Assembly (NCBI GenBank): GCA_963733745.1
Contig: CAVTFE010000002.1
Location: forward strand, 70,558-134,557
Direction: 5' to 3'
Length of the DNA stretch: 64,000 nucleotides
Source: an uncultured bacterium
GTDB taxonomy: Bacteria; Chloroflexota; Ktedonobacteria; Ktedonobacterales; JADMIN01
How positions within the stretch are numbered: position 1 is the first letter of the stretch; every line of letters starts with the position of its first letter. Below the pieces are notes generated by a model. That model saw nothing but the letters and a program-made list of their open reading frames with translations, was not told where the DNA came from and did not search any database. Positions 28,657 to 38,656 of the stretch are shown here, piece by piece. Position numbers and translations under genes: made by a program.

Positions 28657-29937
28657 CTAGTTGACCTCGCGGATGCCACACAAGAACAGCGGAAAGGTAT
28701 AGAGGACGAGATTGAGCAGTCCCGCGCCGAGGAACACCCATAGTGGCCCCAGCGAGTCGGCCACCAAGCCTGCCAGAAGAAAGCCCACTGGCTGCAAGCA
28801 AAACGATCCCAGGAGGTCGATACTCGCCACCCGTCCGAGTTTTTCGCTGGGCGTCAGCTCATGCAGCAGGGTCACCCAGATTGTCTGGAAGGTCCCCCCT
28901 CCTGTGCCAAACACAAAGCCAGCGGCGAGTCCCAGGAAGGGAAGCAGGTGAGCAGGCAGCGGTAGTGTGAAGGCGAGGAGCGCCAAAGCAGCCATAACAT
29001 CGGCGGCGAAGGCAATCATTCCACGCCGACGCAAGCGCAACTGCCCCACCAGTAATGCGGCGCTGATGCGCCCGAAAGCGACGCTAGCGATGACTGCTCC
29101 CAGCAGCAAGGCCCCTCCTCCATACACCTCTTGGATGAGCTTGGGCAAGGTAATCACCATTGCCCCGCCGAAGGCCGCATTGCCAAAGGCAGGAATCACG
29201 ATCGTCGTCGTCAACCAGGTCGAGGCGAGGATGAACGCCGCCGCCTCGCGTAGCTCTCTGCCGGCTTGACGAACACCTCCGTGCCGCTGTGCGCGTGGGT
29301 TCTCGACGAGTTCCTGCTGGAGCGCCGCTTGCTGCCGTGGGAGCCGAATCGCGAGCAAAGACGCTGCCGAGACGGCAAAGGACGCGCTATCGAAGGCAAA
29401 AGCGGCGGCGGGGCCGGTCACGAAGACCAACCCTGCGCCGATCAAAGGGCCGATGAGCAGGCCGAGTTGTCCGCTCAGTTCGGTGAGCGCGTTCGCAGAC
29501 GGGAGCGCCTCACGAGACACGAGCAACGGGGGCATGGCGCGATAGGCAGGAAGGAAGAAGGCGCCGACGACGCCAAAGATCGCGCCAAGTACGACCAGGT
29601 GCCACAGCTGTAGCGCGCCGCTCCACGACAGGATAGCGATAGCGCCGACGGCCAGTGCGCGGCCAGCATCGCTGGCAAGCAGCACCGTACGACGCGGCAG
29701 ACGATCTGCGACCAGACCGCCGACGAGCAGAAAGATGAGCCGTGGGACAATGGTCGCAGCAAGGATTGCAGCGAGGGCGGCGCTGGAATGGGTCAGCGCC
29801 AGCGTCTGTAAGGCGAGCGCCGGAGTGTAGGCGCCATCGCCCAGCGCCGAGATCGTCTGCCCGCCCCACAACAGGGCAAACGGGCACGAGCGGAGTGCGC
29901 GTGCGGCGCGAATGCGTTCCGTGACATCAATGCTCAT
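28657..29937 (-). CDS. MFS transporter (EntS/MFS_3-like)
   Basis: 12-TM layout. N-terminal FALLWGGQTISALGDG is typical of this MFS subfamily. Confidence 0.85.
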   Translation of the reverse strand: MSIDVTERIRAARALRSCPFALLWGGQTISALGDGAYTPALALQTLALTHSSAALAAILAATIVPRLIFLLVGGLVADRLPRRTVLLASDAGRALAVGAIAILSWSGALQLWHLVVLGAIFGVVGAFFLPAYRAMPPLLVSREALPSANALTELSGQLGLLIGPLIGAGLVFVTGPAAAFAFDSASFAVSAASLLAIRLPRQQAALQQELVENPRAQRHGGVRQAGRELREAAAFILASTWLTTTIVIPAFGNAAFGGAMVITLPKLIQEVYGGGALLLGAVIASVAFGRISAALLVGQLRLRRRGMIAFAADVMAALALLAFTLPLPAHLLPFLGLAAGFVFGTGGGTFQTIWVTLLHELTPSEKLGRVASIDLLGSFCLQPVGFLLAGLVADSLGPLWVFLGAGLLNLVLYTFPLFLCGIREVN

Positions 29938-29960
29938 CGGGTGACCCTCTTGAAGGTGCC

Positions 29961-29990
29961 TGTAACCGCGGTTATATGTAACCGCGGTTA
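29961..29990. promoter_or_regulatory. Two tandem palindromic operator-like sites (GTAACCGCGGTTAt and GTAACCGCGGTTAC, 16-bp period)
   Basis: Read directly. Lies 24-53 bp upstream of the MFS start codon at 29937. The second copy is a perfect 14-bp palindrome; the first has a perfect 12-bp core. Confidence 0.5.
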
Positions 29991-30144
29991 CTCATGTCCT
30001 GTCAAGGGGTCTTGAAAGCAGACGCATGCCTACCAGAAATGGGGCAGAGGATCCGCGCCGCTCATGGTCGCACGCGCCCGAGTCGGCTCATCATCATGCC
30101 GAACGACACATAGTCGGCGATGGGACGCCGCTGCGAGATGGGCT

Positions 30145-31899
30145 TCAACCTGTCAAGTCCAGGATGATCGTTTGCCCATCAGTATGAAAGGGATCGCCGT
30201 CGAAGTTGAAGCCCGATTCTGGCGGTGCCAATTGGATGGTTTGGGTACTCTGCACCAGTCCACTGCCCTGCAGACTCGTCACGACAAAGGCTCGCTCGGC
30301 GTCGATGTCTGGATCGATCTGATGGGTTGGCAGGCCCGTGCTGGGAGCGAGCTCAAAGCCCTTATCGAAGCTCGCCGTCGCCAGCCAGAGCGGCTGTCCG
30401 GCGTTGGTCTGCACGTCGGTCGACCAAATCCGGATGTGATGCCGCTCAGCGAACGTCGTCCCGACCGGCAGACTAAAGGCCAGCGCATTCGGCTGTTCGG
30501 CAAGAAACGAGGGCGTCACCGGCCCAGTGGGGGCGCTGTGGTGGGTGAGTACGGCGTTGACTCCGTCGGTGACTGCCCGGAAGCTGAAGGGCTCGGCTTC
30601 CGTCCACCCAGCCGTCTGGAAGGCAGTTTCGAGCTGGGCCTGCGTCCCGACGAAGACAAAGCTGACTGGTTCCTGGCGCACGCCAGTGAGGCCTTCGGTG
30701 TAGTGGGGCAGCTGCTGCTCGACCGTCGATGGCACGGCGTCGGGGGCGATGACCACTGGTGGGATGGGCTGCGGCTGTGGTTGCGATGGCAGTGTGCCAG
30801 CCGTGACACTCACAAAGGCGGCGGTATAGGCGATGGCGGCTATCGCGACAACTACACCGCCAGCGTAGCGCAGGCCGCGTGCTGCTGCTGTGTTTTTCAC
30901 CGGTGCGCGCTGCGCTTGCCAAAGGTGATCGGCGATCACGATGAGGGCGAACCAGAGGACGCCAAACATCCAGCCCGCCAGCACATCGCTGGGAAAATGT
31001 ACGCCCAGGTACGCTCGCGAGACGCCCACCATGAGGACGAGCACCGCGGCCAGTATGCCGACCAGAATCTTGGCGCTGTCACGACGCAGCCCGCGAATGA
31101 GGAAGTAGGCGGCCACCCCATAGAACGCCGCTGAGACGGTCGCGTGAGTGCTTGGGAAGCTAAAGCCAGTCTCGAGAACCCTGGCGTCAGCGAGCGGCGG
31201 GCGTGGCCGCGCAATGACATGCTTCAACCCTTCCGTCGATAGCCAACTGAGGGCGGCGACGAGCGGCAGCAAAAGCGCCTCGCGCCACCGGCGCGCTAGC
31301 AAGGCCAACAGCAGACCGGCCATCGCCAGCGCCGCCACGACACGGATGCTGCCCAGCCATGTCACCGCATAGAATAGCTGATCGAGTGCAGGGGTACGCA
31401 TGATCGCCACCAGGTGCTCAATTCGCCGGTCGAGCGCCGGCACGCCAGTGCCGTATGAGACTTCAATCGACAGCTCAATCACCTGCTCCAGGGCCACCAG
31501 GCCGACGACGACCCACGCGGTGAGGGCAAGGCCGACCGGGCTACCCGGAGTGAACCGCGCGACGAGAAAGCGTGAGAAGCGGGGAAAGCGGCGGGTGAAG
31601 CGCTGTGGCAGGCCCGTTGCCGCCAGGAGCGCGCCAAGTCGCTGCGCGCCGCGGGCCAGCCCAGCCCAAAGCACGCGGTGATAGCGGACCAGCAGCAGTG
31701 GACCAATGATGGCGAGCAGGACCGCAACGATGAGAATCGCGGAGAGCGGGGCAAAGGGACCGAGCTGAATCTGGGCAAACCGGTAGCTGAATACTGCAAG
31801 GTAGCCGAGCAGCAGGAGCCCAAGGAGGCCAAGCACGACCTGCAAGAGGCGACGCAACCGGCTTGGATGCGCGCTGCCAGGTTGGCGCTGGCTAGCCAT
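30145..31899 (-). CDS. PAP2 phosphatase fused to an LssY C-terminal-like domain
   Basis: PAP2 motifs (FPSTHAT, RAYLGVHFPSDVLAG). C-terminal HHIRIW...PLWLATASFDKGFEL...THQIDPDIDAERAFV resembles LssY_C. Confidence 0.85.
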   Translation of the reverse strand: MASQRQPGSAHPSRLRRLLQVVLGLLGLLLLGYLAVFSYRFAQIQLGPFAPLSAILIVAVLLAIIGPLLLVRYHRVLWAGLARGAQRLGALLAATGLPQRFTRRFPRFSRFLVARFTPGSPVGLALTAWVVVGLVALEQVIELSIEVSYGTGVPALDRRIEHLVAIMRTPALDQLFYAVTWLGSIRVVAALAMAGLLLALLARRWREALLLPLVAALSWLSTEGLKHVIARPRPPLADARVLETGFSFPSTHATVSAAFYGVAAYFLIRGLRRDSAKILVGILAAVLVLMVGVSRAYLGVHFPSDVLAGWMFGVLWFALIVIADHLWQAQRAPVKNTAAARGLRYAGGVVVAIAAIAYTAAFVSVTAGTLPSQPQPQPIPPVVIAPDAVPSTVEQQLPHYTEGLTGVRQEPVSFVFVGTQAQLETAFQTAGWTEAEPFSFRAVTDGVNAVLTHHSAPTGPVTPSFLAEQPNALAFSLPVGTTFAERHHIRIWSTDVQTNAGQPLWLATASFDKGFELAPSTGLPTHQIDPDIDAERAFVVTSLQGSGLVQSTQTIQLAPPESGFNFDGDPFHTDGQTIILDLTG

Positions 31900-32029
31900 G
31901 TCGGCCTCCCTGACGCAACAACATCACTGGCAATGGTCTCATTCAGCTTCCACTATACGGCATCCTGAAAACCGTTCGTGCAGCTTTCCTCACCGATTGA
32001 TCTACATCAGAAGCTGAGGCCACCCAGAG

Positions 32030-32533
32030 TTAACTGGCTTCGGCTACCCTTGCCCTGTGCTTGCGGTACTCTACAACGGTCAGCCCGACAATGAATAAAT
32101 CGAAGAGCGTGAGGGCGAGAAGACCAAGGGACAGGTGGAGCGCCAGCCGGTAGATCTGGTACACGATAAAGATGCTCAAAAACACGATCGCCCAGGGATA
32201 GGCCCAGAGTCGTTGTTGGAGCAGGGCCACCACCAAGATGATCTTGATGATGCCGTGGCTGAGGAGATACACGGCCAGAAACAGCGCTGTGGACGCGGTA
32301 AAGCGCTGGGCGTAGGATAGGAGATGGGTAGCGAGAAAATCCGTTGGGTCTTCAGACAGCTCGTGTTGCGTCAGGAACACCACGATGGCATTCAGCCGGT
32401 GTGGGGTGAGAAACAACAGTAGCAGACCGCCAATGACCTCTAAGACCCCGTCAAGACCTTTGAGGGTAATACTCACATCGAAAACACGGTCAAGCCAGGG
32501 AAGTTTTTCAAGCCGTGACAACAGGTTGTTCAT
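32030..32533 (-). CDS. DUF2127-like membrane protein
   Basis: ITLKGLDGVLEVIGGLLLLF plus four TM helices. Confidence 0.75.
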   Translation of the reverse strand: MNNLLSRLEKLPWLDRVFDVSITLKGLDGVLEVIGGLLLLFLTPHRLNAIVVFLTQHELSEDPTDFLATHLLSYAQRFTASTALFLAVYLLSHGIIKIILVVALLQQRLWAYPWAIVFLSIFIVYQIYRLALHLSLGLLALTLFDLFIVGLTVVEYRKHRARVAEAS

Positions 32534-32774
32534 TGGTCTGTAGTATACCAGTCATCTGGCGCTTACATAGAGTAGGCTTGGACTGGCACCGCGAAGAAGG
32601 AAGGGTGACAAACCGTTTGAAACTCCTCTCAGGAGTGAGCGAGACGATCTACTCGCGGTCGTTCCTGCCACTGCTGATCACCTAGTGCTGTGGTGTCGAG
32701 GTGGAGGTTGGTGTGGAGGTCGGCGTTGGCGTACAGTAGTCTTCATGTTCGATCCCGCAGCCACCCGGCGCGCC

Positions 32775-33794
32775 TTACGCCGTGGACAGACCGGGCATCA
32801 GCAGTACTTTGCCCGCTGACATGTTTGCCTCATACGTCGCGATGGCGCGCTGCACGTCCTCGAGTGGGGCTCGCACCTGGATCGTCGCGTGGGTCAAGTC
32901 GCCCAGTTGGTAGAGTTTGCGCTGCATCGATAGGATCGCAAAAGGGTTTTGGTGTGCGATCCAGCGCGCCAGGTAGAAGCCCTCGATGCGCCGCTGATTG
33001 AAGATCAGGTCCCCAGGGTCGATACTGATCACCTCACCTGCGAGCCCGCCGTAGACCACCACGCGCGTCTCGGGTAGCATGGTGGTGAGCAGTCGGGCGG
33101 TCATGGCTCCTCCTACTGCGTCGAACGCCAACCGCGCATTGAGTTGGCGGCAGAGATCGCGCAGCCGGAGATCGAAGTCCGGAGCTTCGCTGTTCAGGAT
33201 GTGTTTGGCGCCGAGGGCGCGCAGTGTCTCGGCCTGAGCGTCGCGGCGCACAATATTGATCACCTGAACGCCGCGTCGGTGGGCGAGCCGATTGACCATT
33301 TGGCCCAGCGCGCTGGCGGCCGCCGTTTGCACGATGGCGCGGGCTCCCATCTGATGTGCGATGGTGAGGTGTGCCCAGGCGGTGTAGGGATTGACGATGC
33401 GCATCGCGCCTTGCTCATCGTCGACACTCTCGGGCAAGGGCGAGCACTGCAGCGCGGGCGCCACCAGGTATTCTGCCCAGGCGCCATCGCCCGCGCCCGC
33501 CGCGCAGGCCACGCGTTTGCCCAGCAGACGTCGCGCGAGGTACCCCGACCCGGTCCTCACGACAGTCCCACAGCCTTCGATGCCCGGCACCAGTGGCAGG
33601 GCCTTTCTCTCGCCATAGAGACCATGGAGCGAGGCAAGGTCGGAGGGATTGATCGGACTCGCTGCCATTCGCACGAGCACCTCACCTCTGCCAGGGCGCG
33701 GTGTCGGGCGCTCTTCAATTGTCAACGACGCGTATGAGCCGGGGTCATATGCATGCAGCACCAGCGCGCGCATCGTCGTCGGGATCGTCGCCAT
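32775..33794 (-). CDS. Zinc-type alcohol dehydrogenase/quinone oxidoreductase (MDR family)
   Basis: MRALVLHAY..., GEVLVRMAASPINPSD, Rossmann segment AAASALGQMV. The ATG at 33794 has GGAAGG upstream. Confidence 0.85.
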   Translation of the reverse strand: MATIPTTMRALVLHAYDPGSYASLTIEERPTPRPGRGEVLVRMAASPINPSDLASLHGLYGERKALPLVPGIEGCGTVVRTGSGYLARRLLGKRVACAAGAGDGAWAEYLVAPALQCSPLPESVDDEQGAMRIVNPYTAWAHLTIAHQMGARAIVQTAAASALGQMVNRLAHRRGVQVINIVRRDAQAETLRALGAKHILNSEAPDFDLRLRDLCRQLNARLAFDAVGGAMTARLLTTMLPETRVVVYGGLAGEVISIDPGDLIFNQRRIEGFYLARWIAHQNPFAILSMQRKLYQLGDLTHATIQVRAPLEDVQRAIATYEANMSAGKVLLMPGLSTA

Positions 33795-33963
33795 CTCAGC
33801 GTGCCTTCCATCATGTGGCGAGGCGCATCCCACAGCGCCCATCCTGGCAGCAGTATAGTTCGGTGTGAGGGATGAGTATCATCTGTATACAAGCCGGCGA
33901 GCTCATCGTGGCATACCCTGTATGCGATGGCGAACGTTGAGCAGACCGTGAAATGGAAGGCAT

Positions 33964-34155
33964 TTGGCGCAACTACTACCGCTCAGGCGCGTCGTGCACA
34001 TGTTGCTCGACATCTTCTCTGCCAAAGGCGTGCTGCCACTGGACTTCAAGCCTGCGTACTCTGTTGGTGATCTCACAACGCAGCACCTCGACGAGCTCGA
34101 ACGCGAGGCAGAGCAGAAGGGTGGTGTGCAGCAGGTGCTCGCCGATCACTTCGCT
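33964..34155 (+). pseudogene. Family B module, degenerate copy truncated at its 3' end by the IS630 insertion
   Basis: MLLDIFSAKGVLPLDFKPAYSVGDLTTQHLDELEREAEQKGGVQQVLADHFA aligns with 39432..39632 and 41835..42032. Homology stops at ...CACTTCGC|TA (about 34155). Confidence 0.5.
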
Positions 34156-35130
34156 AGCATGATCTATGCCGCCTTTCGAGAATGTATAGGTGAGGTTCAT
34201 GGGAGTATCCAAAGTGAGCACAGACGCGGTCAGCCACCGTGAGCGCCGTGAGCAACCGGGCGGGCTCGACGATGGCCCGTTTGCCATGGACCCTATTTCC
34301 GTTCAATCGGGTTGAGCCAGGGACGCTTGATAGGGCAGGAAGCACGGCAGGAAGCGCACCGCCCGCGACGCCCTGCCGCCTGACGTGGGCGGTTGTGCGC
34401 ACGGATCCAGGCGCGGACGCGCTTGCTCACGTGCCAGGAGGCGGTATCCCAGATCAGCAGCCAAACACGTACGCCCGTCTCCTGCAGCCGCGCGCAGGTC
34501 CACGCCAAGAACTGTTCGGTGACGGCGCTCACCGGATGGCCATCCACCAAGCGCAGCCAGACGCGCTCTGCTGCCCGACTGGCGCAGCAGCACGCCCATA
34601 ACACGCCAAGGCTTTGGTATTAGGATCGGCCTTAGGACGAGCGTGATCCACCAGGCGCAGCGGTCCCTGCGCTGGGTCCGTCCAGGGGTGCGCCCGCGGC
34701 CGAGCGAAGCGGCTCCACCAGGTCTCATCCGCAAACCCCAGCGCCCAGTCCGCCTGCTGGCGCGCCACAGCGATCAGGCGGTCACGCCGCCCTTTTTTTG
34801 CGCGTATGCTGGATCCGGGCTCGTGATCCAGTGCTTGGCGCATTCACCAGTTGATGCCCAGGTTGATGCCCAGGTTGATGCCCATTGATGCCCAGCCGCA
34901 ACAACGTCTGGCGGATGGTCTCGCCGCTCACCCGCGTGGAGACAATGCCCTCGGTCACGCTGACCTCGGCGGCAAGGGCGAGGGTCCACAAGCTGGTGGG
35001 GTGGCCGAACTCGCGCGGGCGGCGTGCAAGCGCGCGCAGGTGCTCGGCCTGCCGGGTCCGCAGACCAAGCGCGTGCGGTGGGCACGCGAGGACTTCTTCT
35101 GCAGGCAGGCCAGCCCGACCGCGTTGAAGG
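34156..35130 (-). mobile_element. IS630-family transposase relic (heavily frameshifted); right boundary approximate
   Basis: Fragments in several frames: LLRLGI..AKHWITSPDPAYAQKK, ADWALGFADETWWSR, VWLLIWDTASWHVSKRV, LNPIERKWVHGKRAIVEP. Confidence 0.7.
34850..34894. repeat. 12-bp tandem repeat (TTGATGCCCAGG) x about 3.7 inside the IS630 relic
   Basis: Read directly. It expands the LGIN(W) codons of the transposase. Confidence 0.9.
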
Positions 35131-35321
35131 AGAGCGGTAAAGGGTCTACAAGGTCAGCATGCCGCTGGCGGCCTAATATTCGCTGCCATCAAATAGAGCT
35201 GAAAGTCGTGCTAGGAGAGCAGGACGAGAATCTGGAGAGCGTGTGACTGCGCATGCTCAGCCTGAGACTCCGGTTTCTTCTCTGCTTAGGCTGAATGGCT
35301 GGGTGCGAAGTCCGCGGCCAT

Positions 35322-36146
35322 TCACTGTGCTTTTGACATGGGCGCGTCGAGAAATGGCGCGATCAGGGCAACCAGCAGATCGCTGTGGGCCAGAATGCTA
35401 AAATGTGTGGTCCCTGGTAGGATGGCGAGCTGGGACTGCTGGAGGCCGCCCATCGCGCTTTTCGCCGTGCTACCACCGAGCAGACTAAACAACTCGACTG
35501 CATGCGCAGGGGGAACTGTGTCTGCGTCTCCGAGCACGATCAGCGTTGGCGTCTGCGTTGCCGCTACCAACTCAGTCCAGTCGTAGTCTACAGCGAGGGA
35601 TACTTTCACCTTGGCGATCAGCTGTAGCCAGCCCTGGAAGCTGGGTGTCGCACGGAGGTAGGCGTCGCGATTCGGGGACAGCATAGGGTCATCAGCATGA
35701 AACGACGCCTCCAACGCACGAATTTCGGGATACTCACCATCACTCTTGAAAGGGGCTGAGGCGACCACCAGCTTGCGCGTCACCTCTGGATGGCGGATCG
35801 CGGTCTGCAAGGCGACGCCACCACCCATGGAAAAGCCGAAGACATCGGCGCGTTCGATGCCCAGGTAGCTGATGAGCGCCGCAGTATCGTCGGCCATTTG
35901 CTCGTAGGCCAGCGGGCGATTGATGTCGGAGGTATGCCCGTGGCCCTGCGGCTCGATGGCGATGACTTGCCGGGTCTTGGCGAGAGAAGGCAGGAGCGCT
36001 CCCATCATGTCGATTGTCATCAAGCCACCTGGGAGAAAGATGAGCGGGCTTCCAGCGCCATGGATCTCGTAATACATCTCGAGACCGTTGACGGGAGCGT
36101 AACCGCTCTTGCTATGGGCGCTAGTTGTCTGCGCGTTCGTTTTCAC
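35322..36146 (-). CDS. Alpha/beta hydrolase
   Basis: GLEMYYEIHGAGSPLIFLPGG, nucleophile elbow GFSMGG, C-terminal His region. The GTG at 36146 follows AAGGAGAG; the longer ORF runs to 36173. Confidence 0.85.
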   Translation of the reverse strand: MKTNAQTTSAHSKSGYAPVNGLEMYYEIHGAGSPLIFLPGGLMTIDMMGALLPSLAKTRQVIAIEPQGHGHTSDINRPLAYEQMADDTAALISYLGIERADVFGFSMGGGVALQTAIRHPEVTRKLVVASAPFKSDGEYPEIRALEASFHADDPMLSPNRDAYLRATPSFQGWLQLIAKVKVSLAVDYDWTELVAATQTPTLIVLGDADTVPPAHAVELFSLLGGSTAKSAMGGLQQSQLAILPGTTHFSILAHSDLLVALIAPFLDAPMSKAQ

Positions 36147-36318
36147 GGTGGTCTCTCCTTTGCGCCGATTCATCTTGTCTTCGCAGGAGGTTGCTGCCCA
36201 ATTGTAACGGCAATGGCCTGCGTGCAGCTTTGGTTGCCTTAGTCGCCGTGAGCATTATTGTCCTGCGCTGATGGTCGCACAGGCAGGAGCGCCTATCGTG
36301 AGGCGTTTGCCTCATTTT

Positions 36319-37899
36319 TCAGGACGTCAGAGCGTTTTGTGGGCGTACATCACTCGAATACACGTTAGTCATCAAGCCATACTGCATGGCGAACAGACCA
36401 GCCCTGGCGCGATTCGAGACGCCAATTTTCATGTAGATGTGCTCGACGTGATTGCCAGCAGTCTTGCGCGAGATTGCCAGGCGCGCTGCAATCTCTTTGT
36501 TGGAGAAGCCACACGCCACCAGTTTCAGCACCTCGACCTCGCGCGTGGTCAATCCTGCCGGCCAGTCGCGGCGGCCCGGCGCCCGATGGCCAGCGGCTCG
36601 CAACACAGCGCTCACTGCGTCACCATCCAGGCGACCAGCCATGACCTCTGCGCGCAACTCCACCGCCGCCTCTGCAGACGAGCGCGCGGGCCGATGTGGT
36701 CGTAGCTCGGTCATAGCGCGATACGTATCTGCGGCGGCGAGGATCCGTCCCGCTGGGCTGATCGCGTCGCCTGCCAGGCCGCGAGGATAGCCGGAGCCGT
36801 CAAGGCACTCATGGTGTTGCGCCGCGAGTCTGCCGAGTGGGGCGAGCACTGGCGAGAACGCGAGCATGCGCTCGCTCAGATAGGGATGGAGGCGGACCCG
36901 CTCGAGTTCCGCCTGCGTCAGGCTTCCGCGCTTGTCCCAGATCGCGTTTGAGACTCCCAGACGGCCAATGTCCTGTACCAGCGCGGCCCGGCGGATCGTC
37001 GCTATGGAGTCTTCTGGCATCCCATAAATTCGCGCTGCTTCCGCCGCGAGATTCGCGACAGATCGGGAGTGTCCAATCATGTACGGCGACTTGAGATCGG
37101 CGAAGTCGCCAATTGCCGCTAGGATGTCGTCAAACTGCTCCTCCGAGACGAGGCGCGCCAACAGTGGCTCGGCGGCAATCACCGTGTCCCAGTTCGTCCC
37201 TTCATTTAGGTCATCGAGGAGTGTGGGCGCCTGCTGGCAGAAGAGATCCACCAGCGCGGGATCGAACTGCGCTCCACGGCGCTCCTTCGCGACCGCAACC
37301 GCTGCCTCGACGCCTCCGATGCGATGAAACACTGCGAGAACGTCGGCAAAGGAGACCAGACGCGATGCCAGCCGGATTTCCGTGCCTTTCGCTCCACTCA
37401 GACCTCTTCCATCCCAGCGCTCGAAACTCTCCACAAGGCTCTGGCGTACTTCGTCGCCCAGGCCTAGGCGCTGCGCCAGCGCATCGGCGGCAAGCCAGTG
37501 ATTCCGCAGATCGACGCCATTGCCACGCCGTGCCGCCACGATGAACGCCGCCCCAAGGCGTGCGCGCTCGACGAGGGGCCTCCCCGTGCCGAGGTGACCC
37601 AGCACGACACTTAGCGAGGGCGCGTCGACGTGGAATGAGTCGGCTTTGAGCGCGATGTCGTCTCCGAACCACTTCGCCTGCTCATAGGCGTCGGTGTGGC
37701 ATCCCACCCAGGCGAGAAGCCCTGAGTAGTACACGACCGCGCGCTCAGAATCGTCGAGGCCGAGCTGCTCGCTCATCCGTAGCGCGATCAATGTTTGCCG
37801 AATCACGTGCTCCATCGGCTGGCCAAGCCCCAGGTCGGTCCCCAGCGACAGCGTGGCGACCAGTTCGGCAAGGCGGAATGACTGTGTGCGCTCGCCCAT
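36319..37899 (-). CDS. HD-GYP domain protein fused to a LuxR-type HTH
   Basis: HHECLDGSGYPRGL (HD-GYP). C-terminal LTTREVEVLKLVACGFSNKEIAARLAISRKTAGNHVEHIYMKIG (LuxR/GerE). Confidence 0.85.
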   Translation of the reverse strand: MGERTQSFRLAELVATLSLGTDLGLGQPMEHVIRQTLIALRMSEQLGLDDSERAVVYYSGLLAWVGCHTDAYEQAKWFGDDIALKADSFHVDAPSLSVVLGHLGTGRPLVERARLGAAFIVAARRGNGVDLRNHWLAADALAQRLGLGDEVRQSLVESFERWDGRGLSGAKGTEIRLASRLVSFADVLAVFHRIGGVEAAVAVAKERRGAQFDPALVDLFCQQAPTLLDDLNEGTNWDTVIAAEPLLARLVSEEQFDDILAAIGDFADLKSPYMIGHSRSVANLAAEAARIYGMPEDSIATIRRAALVQDIGRLGVSNAIWDKRGSLTQAELERVRLHPYLSERMLAFSPVLAPLGRLAAQHHECLDGSGYPRGLAGDAISPAGRILAAADTYRAMTELRPHRPARSSAEAAVELRAEVMAGRLDGDAVSAVLRAAGHRAPGRRDWPAGLTTREVEVLKLVACGFSNKEIAARLAISRKTAGNHVEHIYMKIGVSNRARAGLFAMQYGLMTNVYSSDVRPQNALTS

Positions 37900-37983
37900 A
37901 GGTCGCCCACTTCTACAGAGCCGCCCGCATAGGAGGAGAAATGCCGTCTCACCTCACAGCCGCAGTGGAGCTGACGGATGCTG

Positions 37984-38205
37984 CTAGAGGGATCCCGGGT
38001 ATGATGTCACGTGCGAATCCAGCGGGCAGTACTCCTTCAGGATGGCTATCAGCGCACGATCGCCTTCCGGGGTACGCGCTTGCCGCGCAGTCCGCACGCG
38101 CAGTTTGAAACTGACAAGATCCTGCTTCTTGAACTTTCGGGAGTTGATACGTTCAAGAGCCTCAACACACCCAGCTCTCCACGACTCTGTTGTCCTTGGT
38201 CCCAT
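37984..38205 (-). CDS. Hypothetical small basic protein (73 aa)
   Basis: Strong RBS GGAGGAGG 6 nt before the ATG at 38205. No family recognised. Confidence 0.5.
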   Translation of the reverse strand: MGPRTTESWRAGCVEALERINSRKFKKQDLVSFKLRVRTARQARTPEGDRALIAILKEYCPLDSHVTSYPGSL

Positions 38206-38218
38206 CGCAATCCTCCTC

Positions 38219-38234
38219 CGTGGGATCTCCCACG
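38219..38234. promoter_or_regulatory. Inverted repeat CGTGGGA-TC-TCCCACG abutting the RBS of the 73-aa gene
   Basis: Read directly. Confidence 0.25.
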
Positions 38235-38407
38235 TACGCGAGACGCCTGATGAGATCTAGGTGAAGTCGACCAAGAGCCTGCCATCAGAGTGTCGCACAT
38301 ATTCCGCTCATCGTGCGCTAACCCAATATCACAGACAGCCCATGTCTGCCTGGACGCCTGTAGGGCCGGCGGCCAAGCGCTCGTTTGTTCTCATCGTCTT
38401 GTGTTCC

Positions 38408-38656
38408 TTACGGCTCGTCGTTTGCGTTCGTGATGATTTCAAGGTCAGCAGTGGCCATCCGGATCTGCAGCTTCGTCTGTCGCCATTCTCCGCCGCTTCG
38501 GGTAGACACTTTTTCCACCGAGACAATCACCCGATCACCGTAGCGCTCCAATGCCTTGACCACACCGATGTAGCCTCGCAGGGAGATCGTCTCCATCCCC
38601 ACTTTGTGGGGCGTGTTGGCAATGATGCGGACAGGGTCGCCGACCTTGATGTTCAT
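38408..38656 (-). CDS. Hypothetical small protein (82 aa)
   Basis: ORF with GGAG upstream. Beta-rich sequence (KVGDPVRIIAN...GYIGVVKALERYGDRVIVSVEKV). No family recognised. Confidence 0.45.
   Translation of the reverse strand: MNIKVGDPVRIIANTPHKVGMETISLRGYIGVVKALERYGDRVIVSVEKVSTRSGGEWRQTKLQIRMATADLEIITNANDEP

Noticed and set aside
30064-31134. 356-aa plus-strand ORF antisense to the PAP2-LssY gene
   Set aside because: Shadow ORF. The opposite strand has clear PAP2 and LssY_C motifs, and this ORF has no recognisable features.
32747-32767. GTTCGATCCCGCAGCCACCCG resembles a tRNA T-loop, 3' T-stem and acceptor 3' strand (possible att remnant)
   Set aside because: No matching 5' T-stem or acceptor strand upstream, so it is not a tRNA. 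Twenty nucleotides are too few to claim an integration scar without the intact tRNA partner, which is not in the window.
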